Below, piece after piece: positions 10,761 to 18,584 of a DNA stretch of 64,000 nucleotides; position 1 is the stretch's first letter, and the number at the start of each line of letters is the position of its first letter. Position numbers and translations under genes: made by a program. The notes beneath the pieces are model-generated. The model had not been told where the DNA came from, made no database searches, and saw only the letters and a program-made list of their open reading frames with translations. Source of the DNA: Coleofasciculus sp. B1-GNL1-01 (lineage in GTDB: Bacteria; Cyanobacteriota; Cyanobacteriia; Cyanobacteriales; Coleofasciculaceae); assembly GCA_040220235.1 (NCBI GenBank), contig JAVJTO010000031.1; one strand, given 5' to 3'.

Positions 10761-11738
10761 GTGTGGGTTACTTCTTCTCTTGCCACTGCTTTAACACCAA
10801 CTGCTGTTGCCCTAGGAAACTTTGACGGCATTCACCGAGGGCATCAACAGGTGATTCATCCTATTTTGCAGCACTCTAGCCTTTTACCCGGTCAGTCTGA
10901 GCCAATACATCCTCAAGAGAGGGTTAATCAGGAAGGAGAGCATATTTATCCGACTTTGGCAACCTTTTATCCCCATCCCCGTGAATTTTTTTCCGGTCAA
11001 CCGTGGAAGTTATTGACGCCAAAACCCGAAAAAGTAGACCAGTTAAAGCGCTTGGGCATTGAACAACTGGTGCTGCTGCCCTTTGACCGAGAACTGGCGG
11101 CATTAAGTCCAGAACAATTCGTGGACAAGATTTTAATTGAACAATTGCGAGCCACCCATGTCAGTATCGGAGAGGATTTTCGCTTCGGATATCGCCGGAC
11201 TGGAACCGCGAAGGACTTGCAGGCGATCGCTGCTACGTATGGGGTTAAGGTTAGCATCGTTACCCTCCAAACCTGTCAAGGGGAACGGATCAGCAGTTCC
11301 TTAATCCGCAAATCCCTAGAGGAAGGAGATATCCTCAAAGCTAATCGCTTACTGGGTCGTCCTTACAGCATCAGGGGTCAAGTGATTAAAGGACAGCAAT
11401 TAGGCAGAACGATAGGATTTCCCACCGCCAATCTAGAATGGTTCCCCGACAAGTTTTTACCCCGCAATGGGGTTTACTGTGTGCGCGTCAGTAGTCCCTC
11501 AGTCCCGGAGCAATGGGGTGTAATGAATATTGGAGAACGTCCTACCGTCAAGGGAACTTGCTTGACAGTTGAGAGTCACCTGCTAAATTGGTCTGGTGAT
11601 TTATACGGACAGACGATAACCGTGAGCCTAGAGCAGTTTTTGCGACCAGAACAAAAATTTGCCTCCCTCGATGATCTCAGGAAGCAAATCCAGGCTGACT
11701 GTGCGGCGACAATCACTTTTTTTGAATCTCAGCAATAG
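10761..11738 (+). CDS. ribF: Bifunctional riboflavin kinase/FAD synthetase
   Basis: GNFDGIHRGH, ISSSLIR, GRTIGFPTAN, NIGERPT, RPEQKF. Confidence 0.97.
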   Translation: MWVTSSLATALTPTAVALGNFDGIHRGHQQVIHPILQHSSLLPGQSEPIHPQERVNQEGEHIYPTLATFYPHPREFFSGQPWKLLTPKPEKVDQLKRLGIEQLVLLPFDRELAALSPEQFVDKILIEQLRATHVSIGEDFRFGYRRTGTAKDLQAIAATYGVKVSIVTLQTCQGERISSSLIRKSLEEGDILKANRLLGRPYSIRGQVIKGQQLGRTIGFPTANLEWFPDKFLPRNGVYCVRVSSPSVPEQWGVMNIGERPTVKGTCLTVESHLLNWSGDLYGQTITVSLEQFLRPEQKFASLDDLRKQIQADCAATITFFESQQ

Positions 11739-11754
11739 GGAATGGGGAAGGGTA

Positions 11755-12663
11755 ATGAGAGAACGGATTGAGCAACTCAAAGAAAATCTGGCTCAGACGA
11801 TTGTAGGTAAAGCCGATGCCATTCGGTTAGTCTTGGTTGCTTTACTCTCAGGCGGTCATGCTTTGCTAGAGGATGTGCCTGGGGTGGGTAAAACTCTGCT
11901 GGCAAAATCCTTGGCACGTTCCATTGATGGGCGATTTCAGCGCATTCAATGTACCCCGGATCTCTTACCTGCGGATATCACCGGGACGAATATCTGGAAT
12001 CCCAGTAGCCGTGAATTTGAATTTCTGGCTGGTCCAGTCTTTGCCAATATTCTACTGACGGATGAAATTAACCGGGCAACCCCGCGCACACAGTCAGCCT
12101 TACTGGAGGTGATGGAAGAACGGCAAGTTACGGTGGATGGGAAATCTCGTAATGTTCCCCAACCCTTTTTTGTGATTGCTACTCAAAATCCGATTGAGTA
12201 TCATGGGACATTTCCCTTGCCAGAGGCGCAAATGGATCGATTTACCCTATCTTTATCCCTGGGTTATCCGACGCCTGAGGAAGAACTGCAAATGCTGCAA
12301 CTGCATCAGGGAGGGATGGTGCTTTCGGAGCTTAAACCCTGTATTTCAACAGAGGACGTTTTGGAATTACAGCGTCTTTGTCAACAGGTGCAAGTGGAAC
12401 GAGAGTTACAGCAGTATATTCTCAACTTAGTACGGGCATCTCGTGAGGCGGAAGATGTGGTCTTAGGAGTCAGTCCACGGGGTACTGTAGCCTTACAACG
12501 GGCGGCACAAGCTTTGGCATTTTTGGACGGGCGAAATTATGCGATTCCCGATGATGTGAAGATGCTGGCACCTCATGTTCTGTCCCATCGTCTCATGGCA
12601 GCAGGAGGACGACAGGCGAAGCCAATTGTTGAACAGTTATTGCGTTCTGTGGCAATTCCGTAA
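11755..12663 (+). CDS. MoxR-family AAA+ ATPase
   Basis: EDVPGVGKT, RIQCTPDLLPAD, DEINRATPRTQSALLE, ATQNP, LPEAQMDRF; ATG at 11755. Confidence 0.95.
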   Translation: MRERIEQLKENLAQTIVGKADAIRLVLVALLSGGHALLEDVPGVGKTLLAKSLARSIDGRFQRIQCTPDLLPADITGTNIWNPSSREFEFLAGPVFANILLTDEINRATPRTQSALLEVMEERQVTVDGKSRNVPQPFFVIATQNPIEYHGTFPLPEAQMDRFTLSLSLGYPTPEEELQMLQLHQGGMVLSELKPCISTEDVLELQRLCQQVQVERELQQYILNLVRASREAEDVVLGVSPRGTVALQRAAQALAFLDGRNYAIPDDVKMLAPHVLSHRLMAAGGRQAKPIVEQLLRSVAIP

Positions 12664-12944
12664 GAGGATCTCGTAGAAAATTGTCATAAAAGCGACAAAA
12701 TTATTTCGGTTAGGACGAAGGGTGGGTTTTGCTGTTCCATTATCGGTGGGGAGGAGAGGTTTTGTTTTTGATGTAGTTAATTTATCGGTGAGGAGGGCGG
12801 GTTTTGTTGAACATTTATTGGTGGATATCTGAATTAAGTCCCTAAACCCGCCCCTACGATTTGTCCCTAAAGGGAATTTCTCAAATTGACCCTGATACAT
12901 TTTTGGAGGGTCAGAAATAAAAAATGACAAATGACGGATGACGA

Positions 12945-13490
12945 ATGACAAACTATAACAATCTGCGATCGCACACTGTTTTATTTGTACTTGTACTGGT
13001 TTGGAGTATCCTTCTCGGCGGCGGTATGGCAGGGGTTTTAAGGGCAGCAGAGACACCTCAACCCCCGAATTTAGAAACACTGATGGCGATTGGCACTGTT
13101 GATCCAATTCCAGAGCGCTATCAAACTGGATTAAAACTGTACCTGGAAAACTGTGGCAGTTGTCATGTTGCCTTACCCCCAGAAGTTATGCCAACTCAAA
13201 CCTGGGAAACTTTGCTATTAGAACCTGAACAGCATTATGGACAACGGTTAGAGCAGATTCCGCGTCCATTTATCTTCATTGTCTGGAATTATTTACGAAC
13301 GTTTTCTCGTCCTGTAGGGGAAGATGAGCAAGCACCCTTTCGGGTGACTGAATCACGGTATTTTAAAGCCCTTCATCCCCGTGTTGATTTACCTCCGACA
13401 TTGACGGCGGCTGGATGCATCAGTTGTCATCCGGGAGCAAGAGATTATGACTATCGACGTTTAACGCCAGAGTGGGAAGATTCACCGTAG
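12945..13490 (+). CDS. Diheme cytochrome c (DHC-type), exported
   Basis: N-terminal hydrophobic segment; two CxxCH motifs (CGSCH, CISCH). Confidence 0.88.
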   Translation: MTNYNNLRSHTVLFVLVLVWSILLGGGMAGVLRAAETPQPPNLETLMAIGTVDPIPERYQTGLKLYLENCGSCHVALPPEVMPTQTWETLLLEPEQHYGQRLEQIPRPFIFIVWNYLRTFSRPVGEDEQAPFRVTESRYFKALHPRVDLPPTLTAAGCISCHPGARDYDYRRLTPEWEDSP

Positions 13491-13704
13491 GAATGTGGAA
13501 AGATGATGGATTTGATTGTTATTTTTGCTTGAATGGATTACTATAGAATGTATGTAATTTGAATAATAATTGAAAGTGACTTAGGACGTCAATTCGCTCT
13601 AGCGAAAAGTACCTAGGCACAAAAATAATTATCCCGTCTGATGTGTATTTTAGATACGCATATAAGACGGTTCGTTTTTTTTGTTGTCTAGATAGGAGCG
13701 AATT

Positions 13705-13911
13705 ATGCCAGCACGAGGAAACCTATCTGATTCAGGAATCCTAGCAGAGGCTTATCAGCTACTGAGGGAAGGTTCAGCTAAAACATTATGTCAAGCCCTC
13801 GATATACTCATGAGAGATGCCAAAACTACTCGTGACACCGCTAGAATTCTTAGAATCAAAGGAACCCAGAAGGCTAAAGGATGCCGCCGTAGTCGCCGAC
13901 GAAAAGGTTAA
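13705..13911 (+). CDS. Stand-alone polymorphic-toxin-like domain (Ntox34-like)
   Basis: SD AGGAG at 13694-13698; GNLSD (GNxxD), LC.AL, IKGTQKAKGCRRSR tail; precedes HEAT-repeat gene by 10 bp. Confidence 0.65.
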   Translation: MPARGNLSDSGILAEAYQLLREGSAKTLCQALDILMRDAKTTRDTARILRIKGTQKAKGCRRSRRRKG

Positions 13912-13921
13912 ATACATTCAG

Positions 13922-14725
13922 ATGGTTCAGCAGACGATTCAGACATGGATAGAAGATTGCGCTTCCGATGATCCGTCACGGCAAGCAAAAGCTGTGATTG
14001 AGCTAGTGGATGCTCAAGCTTATGTGGCTGCACCGCAAATCGTAACGTTGCTAACTGCGGCTGATCCGGCGATTCGCTCTACGGCGGCTTACGCCTTGGG
14101 TTATCTGGGAATACAGGAACCAGAAACAATTGGTTGTACCTTAATAAACTTACTTAACGATCCAGAAGTAATTGTTAGATCTGAAGTGGTTGAGGCACTG
14201 GGAGGGCTTCGTTATAAACCTGCGATCGCACCTATTCAGCATGCTTTACGAAATGATGCTGAGCCACTGGTTCGGGCTTCAGCGGCTGAAGCATTGGGAG
14301 ATATAGGGGATGAACAAGCTTTAACAGCCCTAGAAGATGCCCTAAAGGATGCTGATGAGGCTGTGCGAGCTTATGCGGCTAACTCCATTGGGCTTTTAGG
14401 TACAGCGCAACTTTTACCTAAACTTGAAGTATATCTGAAATCTGAATCTTCTGTGAAAGTACAAGCCGAATTGCTCGGAGCAATGTATCGGCTGGGCGCG
14501 GTAGATGCCTTAAGTCAGCTCTTAAATTTGTTGGATAATGCTGATGAAGATTTGGCAACCTGTATTCTGAATCTTTTAACGGATTTAACAGAACGCCAAA
14601 TTCCCTCAACGCTGATAGAGAGCGCCTCTGAGATTCGCCAGTCATTATCCGCGATCGCACAACATTTTCCGATACTGCGTTATCAAGCTGAAGATATTGG
14701 CGAACAGTTAATAACTGGAGTTTAG
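13922..14725 (+). CDS. HEAT-repeat protein, candidate immunity protein
   Basis: Repeats D..VR..AAEALG; likely start ATG 13922 just after the toxin-like stop. Confidence 0.85.
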   Translation: MVQQTIQTWIEDCASDDPSRQAKAVIELVDAQAYVAAPQIVTLLTAADPAIRSTAAYALGYLGIQEPETIGCTLINLLNDPEVIVRSEVVEALGGLRYKPAIAPIQHALRNDAEPLVRASAAEALGDIGDEQALTALEDALKDADEAVRAYAANSIGLLGTAQLLPKLEVYLKSESSVKVQAELLGAMYRLGAVDALSQLLNLLDNADEDLATCILNLLTDLTERQIPSTLIESASEIRQSLSAIAQHFPILRYQAEDIGEQLITGV

Positions 14726-14793
14726 ATGATGAAATATTGATTTAACCATCGTCACAAGCTGAGAAAGACTAACATATATCCCAAAAATTCGAT

Positions 14794-15714
14794 TTATTCA
14801 TTTTCTATCGCGGGTAGAGCATAAAAGCCTAAGTGATTGGCAACTGGACGTTCAACCATGGGAAGTTTGGTATGAATTGGCGCATTTAATACAGTAGTTC
14901 CTGATGATGTTGCCATTACTAATGTGCTGGAACCGCCTCCGTCTAAGTTTAAGGCTTGATCAGCACCTAAATTAATGACAATTTCAGCTAATTCAGCTAA
15001 GGTTACTCCTTCGCTGTAAAAGGGTTGCTTGCCATCTACAGCAATTAGCCATAATTTTTGACCTTGCTGATCAACAGCGACAGCGATTCGTGAGTAGGGT
15101 TTGGTGTTACTGTGCTGAGAGAGACTAGCCGTGACAGGCTTACCATGGTTGACAAAAATACGATTACCCGCAACCGCCTGCACTGTACCTTCTGGACAGT
15201 TTCCCTGTTCAACAATTTGGGCGCGATCGCTCTCTAAAAAGCATAACGCAGACCAATTCGTTTTCGGGGGTGAGTAACGATTGCTATTGGATATGGCTTG
15301 TCCGATTACAGTCGTGCGATCGCCACTATGAGGATAATAATCCCAAGGCGTCTTTTCCCGAAAGGGATAGAAGAAGTTAGCATTGATTGCTAGTTGCAGT
15401 TTAAACTCGCGGACAAATTCTGAGGTGGTTCGCGCATTGGTTACGGTATTATCTGACGTTGTTGTTCCTGGGGTAACAAATACCTTCACTCCGGGTGCTG
15501 TCAAGTCAATGGTGACACGATGAATAACCAGTGGGCGGGGTGATAATCGGACATCACGTTTATAAACAATACCCTGAAACAGGATTTTTTCCACATCAGT
15601 ACGGGGTGGGCGTAAGCTAATCAGCCGACTATAAAGTAGTAGTGGGATAGCTAAGATACCCATACCCGCAATGATGAAAAATTGCTTCCAGTTAATCCAA
15701 TTTCGGTGACTCAT
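14794..15714 (-). CDS. Phosphodiester glycosidase family (NAGPA/DUF2233-like) protein
   Basis: AINANFF, VDGKQ, ALNLDGGGSS, ERPVAN; N-terminal TM; start uncertain. Confidence 0.88.
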   Translation of the reverse strand: MSHRNWINWKQFFIIAGMGILAIPLLLYSRLISLRPPRTDVEKILFQGIVYKRDVRLSPRPLVIHRVTIDLTAPGVKVFVTPGTTTSDNTVTNARTTSEFVREFKLQLAINANFFYPFREKTPWDYYPHSGDRTTVIGQAISNSNRYSPPKTNWSALCFLESDRAQIVEQGNCPEGTVQAVAGNRIFVNHGKPVTASLSQHSNTKPYSRIAVAVDQQGQKLWLIAVDGKQPFYSEGVTLAELAEIVINLGADQALNLDGGGSSTLVMATSSGTTVLNAPIHTKLPMVERPVANHLGFYALPAIENE

Positions 15715-15726
15715 CGTTCTCAATTC

Positions 15727-16533
15727 ATGATTCATTCGCACCCGCTTAACTTTACTAACCAAGACTTGCGAAACCGCTCTTTTAAAGGTCAAAACCTAAA
15801 CGGTGCAGACTTTAGCGGTTCAGATATTCGAGGTTGTGATTTTAGTTATGCTTCCTTAAAAGGAGCCAATTTTGAGCGAGTCAAGGTGGGTCAAACACTC
15901 AGACAGATCATCTTGGTACTAGGGGTGGCGGTGATAGTGGCATTATTAGCAGTTGATGCGATCGCGCATACAATTTTTGGGGCTTTGGGTCAGATTCCGG
16001 GAGGTTCAACTTGGGCTTATATTCTAGCCTTATATATTAGTTTGGGAATTGCTGGGGCGGGTTCGGGAGTTAGGAATCTCACGGGTATCAAGTCTAGCGT
16101 CGGACAGATTGCAACCGTGATATCGGGAACAGCATCCGGTGCTTTGCTGAGTTTCTTCTACGCCGGAACCACCACTGACAACAACCCCCAAATCGCTACG
16201 GCGGCGGCGGTGTTGGGAGGGATAATCGCAGCAATTATCAGTTTCAAAGTGAGAAGTCGATTCGTCGCCATTGCGATCACAGTGGCGGGAACTCTCGCGG
16301 GGTACGGGTTTGCCTTTCTGGTGGGAACGAGTGCGATCGCGTTTTTAAGCGTGCAAAAGCTAACGTTGGGAGTTGTCTGGAGTTGTTTATCGGTGAGTTT
16401 TCTCTGGCTGACGATGCACTCCCTGATCCTCACGATTCGAGAAATTAAAGAGTTTTCGGGGACATGCTTTAGGGGTGCTAACTTGACGAATGCTTTATTT
16501 GAGCCAAGTCTGAGAGAAAAAGCGAATAACTGA
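15727..16533 (+). CDS. Pentapeptide-repeat membrane protein
   Basis: FTNQDLRNRSFKGQNLNGADFSGSDIRG repeats, ~6 hydrophobic helices, short C-terminal FRGANLTNALF. Confidence 0.85.
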   Translation: MIHSHPLNFTNQDLRNRSFKGQNLNGADFSGSDIRGCDFSYASLKGANFERVKVGQTLRQIILVLGVAVIVALLAVDAIAHTIFGALGQIPGGSTWAYILALYISLGIAGAGSGVRNLTGIKSSVGQIATVISGTASGALLSFFYAGTTTDNNPQIATAAAVLGGIIAAIISFKVRSRFVAIAITVAGTLAGYGFAFLVGTSAIAFLSVQKLTLGVVWSCLSVSFLWLTMHSLILTIREIKEFSGTCFRGANLTNALFEPSLREKANN

Positions 16534-17042
16534 ATTCTCGTCTGGATCAGCAATTTTAGGGGATATGCCAATCACAATAAATAGTTTACTGGAGTATCAG
16601 AGGATGGGTTTTTTACCCCGATTGCACCCCCTATCTCTCTTGATGGAGGTTGTCATCTGATTCCCCGACTATCCTAAGCAGTATCTCAGGGTAAATCCCT
16701 GTTCATTCAACATCTTTGAGGCTTTAGCTGTCATTCATGCAATATCGAACAACAATCGGGTGGTCACTTCTTACTTCGGGAATCGTAACCCTCTTGCTCA
16801 AGAGTTTCCCAGGTAACTCCCTGTGGTGGGGAATTGGTTTTCTCGTTATCGGAACGGTTATACTCTTGGCGCGAAAAGCTGTTTAGTATTCCCAAAACCT
16901 GGCATTATTAGGCAAGATGACTCATTTTGCTCGACCACCAGCGACAAGGGAATCAACCTGACCAAACGACAACATCCCGGAACTGTTTCCAAGTCCGGGA
17001 TGAGGCGATCGCATCAGCCGAAAACTTAATTAAAATTAAACC

Positions 17043-17885
17043 TCAAGCTGACACAGCCGCTAAACTGGCTGGGATTTTTCGCCCGACGGCGGCGGCGACG
17101 GGGTGTAAGCTGTGAACCAACTGCACCATATCGTCTAACGATAACGCTTGACGGGCATCCGATACGGATTTTTCCGGTTCGGGATGACACTCGATGATTA
17201 ATCCATCCGCACCTACTGCGACAGCCGCTTTCGCCAACGGGGAAATTAATTCCCGTTTGCCCGTGGCGTGGGAGGGATCTACAATCACAGGCAATGAAGT
17301 CATCTGCTTAAGTGCCACAACTGCTCCCAAATCTAAGACATTCCGGGTATAAGTATCGAAACTGCGAATCCCTCGTTCACACAGTACCACCTGAGAATTC
17401 CCATGACTGAGAATATATTCGGCTGCCATAACGAATTCTTCTAGAGTCGCCGCTAATCCCCGCTTCAGCAGAATCGGTTTATCAACTTGACCCAAGGCTT
17501 TGAGTAAATCAAAGTTTTGCATATTACGACTGCCTACCTGAAGCATATCAGCATGGGCAGCCACTAACTCGATTTGGGTAATGGACATGACTTCCGTCAC
17601 CACGGGAATCTGATGACGCGATCGCACCTGGGATAATATCTCTAGTCCCTCTACCCCTAAACCTTGGAACGAGTAAGGAGACGTGCGAGGTTTGAAAGCA
17701 CCGCCGCGTAACGCCTGAACCGGGGCGCGTTGCAGTTGAGTGGCGACGGTTTCCATCTGCGATCGACTCTCCACCGTACAAGGACCAGCAATTATCACCA
17801 GTTCCTCACCCCCGAAAGTGATATGATTCGACAGATGAACCAAAGTTGGGCGATCGGATTGGGTGGCAAGTGTAGCATTCACCAT
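17043..17885 (-). CDS. aroF: 3-deoxy-7-phosphoheptulonate (DAHP) synthase, type I-beta, catalytic barrel only
   Basis: IAGPCTVES, RGGAFKPRTSPYSFQG, GSRNMQN, LKRG, CERGIR, DPSH, ECHP, SDARQ; SD AAAGGA before ATG 17885; 280 aa. Confidence 0.96.
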   Translation of the reverse strand: MVNATLATQSDRPTLVHLSNHITFGGEELVIIAGPCTVESRSQMETVATQLQRAPVQALRGGAFKPRTSPYSFQGLGVEGLEILSQVRSRHQIPVVTEVMSITQIELVAAHADMLQVGSRNMQNFDLLKALGQVDKPILLKRGLAATLEEFVMAAEYILSHGNSQVVLCERGIRSFDTYTRNVLDLGAVVALKQMTSLPVIVDPSHATGKRELISPLAKAAVAVGADGLIIECHPEPEKSVSDARQALSLDDMVQLVHSLHPVAAAVGRKIPASLAAVSA

Positions 17886-17918
17886 CAGACTAATTCCTTT
17901 AAACAATGAGTGGACAAT

Positions 17919-17950
17919 AAAAAAACCCGGTTCCTTGTGGGTTCCGGGTT
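17919..17950 (-). terminator. Attenuator terminator 2 (aroF-proximal)
   Basis: mRNA AACCCGG-AACCCACAAGGAA-CCGGGUU UUUUU; lies 5' of the aroF start. Confidence 0.9.
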
Positions 17951-17975
17951 CTGAGAAAATTTAACGCAGCATCAC

Positions 17976-18044
17976 CTACCCGGAACTGCTTCCGAACCAA
18001 AAAAAGTAAAACAAGGTAAACCAGTGATTCAGGTAGGTTGTCAT
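17976..18044 (-). CDS. Leader peptide 2 MTTYLNHWFTLFYFFWFGSSSG
   Basis: SD AAGGAG (18051-18056) 6 nt before ATG; 9 of 22 codons Phe/Tyr/Trp; overlaps the antiterminator arm. Confidence 0.9.
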   Translation of the reverse strand: MTTYLNHWFTLFYFFWFGSSSG

Positions 18045-18056
18045 CAGATACTCCTT

Positions 18057-18092
18057 AAAAAACAAAAAGACCGCAGCTTTCGCTCTGCGGTC
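18057..18092 (-). terminator. Attenuator terminator 1 (distal)
   Basis: mRNA GACCGCAG-AGCGAAAG-CUGCGGUC followed by UUUUUGUUUUUU. Confidence 0.9.
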
Positions 18093-18121
18093 CACCGGGG
18101 AGGTTCCATGAGGAACTCTGC

Positions 18122-18178
18122 TCACCTCCGGTGAACCTCCGTAAACCAAAAATAAAAGTAGTTGTTGCAGTTGAGCAT
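18122..18178 (-). CDS. Leader peptide 1 MLNCNNYFYFWFTEVHRR
   Basis: Six consecutive aromatic codons (YFYFWF); 3' part carries the antiterminator arm; no clear SD. Confidence 0.85.
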   Translation of the reverse strand: MLNCNNYFYFWFTEVHRR

Positions 18179-18502
18179 AGCTGAGGGCTTTTTATGAAAC
18201 GTTAATTAGATGCCTGTTACTGGACACGATAGCAAGCTGTTGTGGCTAAGTCAATACCTGATCTGGATCAAGTTTCTGTTTTCCACGGGTGTGATCATGC
18301 ACCTGGGGGAGCTGGGGGAGCTGGGGAAGCTGGGGAAGCGGGGGGAGGATAAAGTTATAGCACTTCTCGATTGGGTGCAATACACCTTGGTAGAGACAGG
18401 GTGTGGGGTGTGGGGTGTGGGGTGTAGGGTGTAGTGCTTTCAAATGAGAACCGCTATATATCTTTGAATGCAACTTGGTATAAAGTACAGTCTATCCAAG
18501 CA

Positions 18503-18535
18503 AGATCCCCGACTTCTTTGAGGAGTCGGGGATCT
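18503..18535. repeat. Palindromic dispersed repeat AGATCCCCGACT...AGTCGGGGATCT
   Basis: 12-bp inverted arms; related copy at ~10643-10690. Confidence 0.8.
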
Positions 18536-18584
18536 GTTTACATCACTTATTTGAAAAATAATATAAGACTCAAAAGCGCAAACA

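Larger units (their letters stand above)
17919..18178 (-). promoter_or_regulatory. Tandem ribosome-mediated transcription attenuator responsive to Phe/Tyr/Trp
   Basis: Two leader peptide + antiterminator + terminator units in series upstream of aroF. Confidence 0.88.

Noticed and set aside
12637..13107. 156-aa minus-strand ORF
   Set aside because: Built from dispersed repeats and antisense to the diheme cytochrome gene
13817..13921. N-terminal extension of the HEAT ORF in the ORF track
   Set aside because: Overlaps the toxin-like ORF, which has its own SD; ATG 13922 is the more plausible start
16823..17115. Short ORFs downstream of aroF
   Set aside because: No recognisable motifs or SD, and one overlaps aroF antisense; possibly decayed sequence
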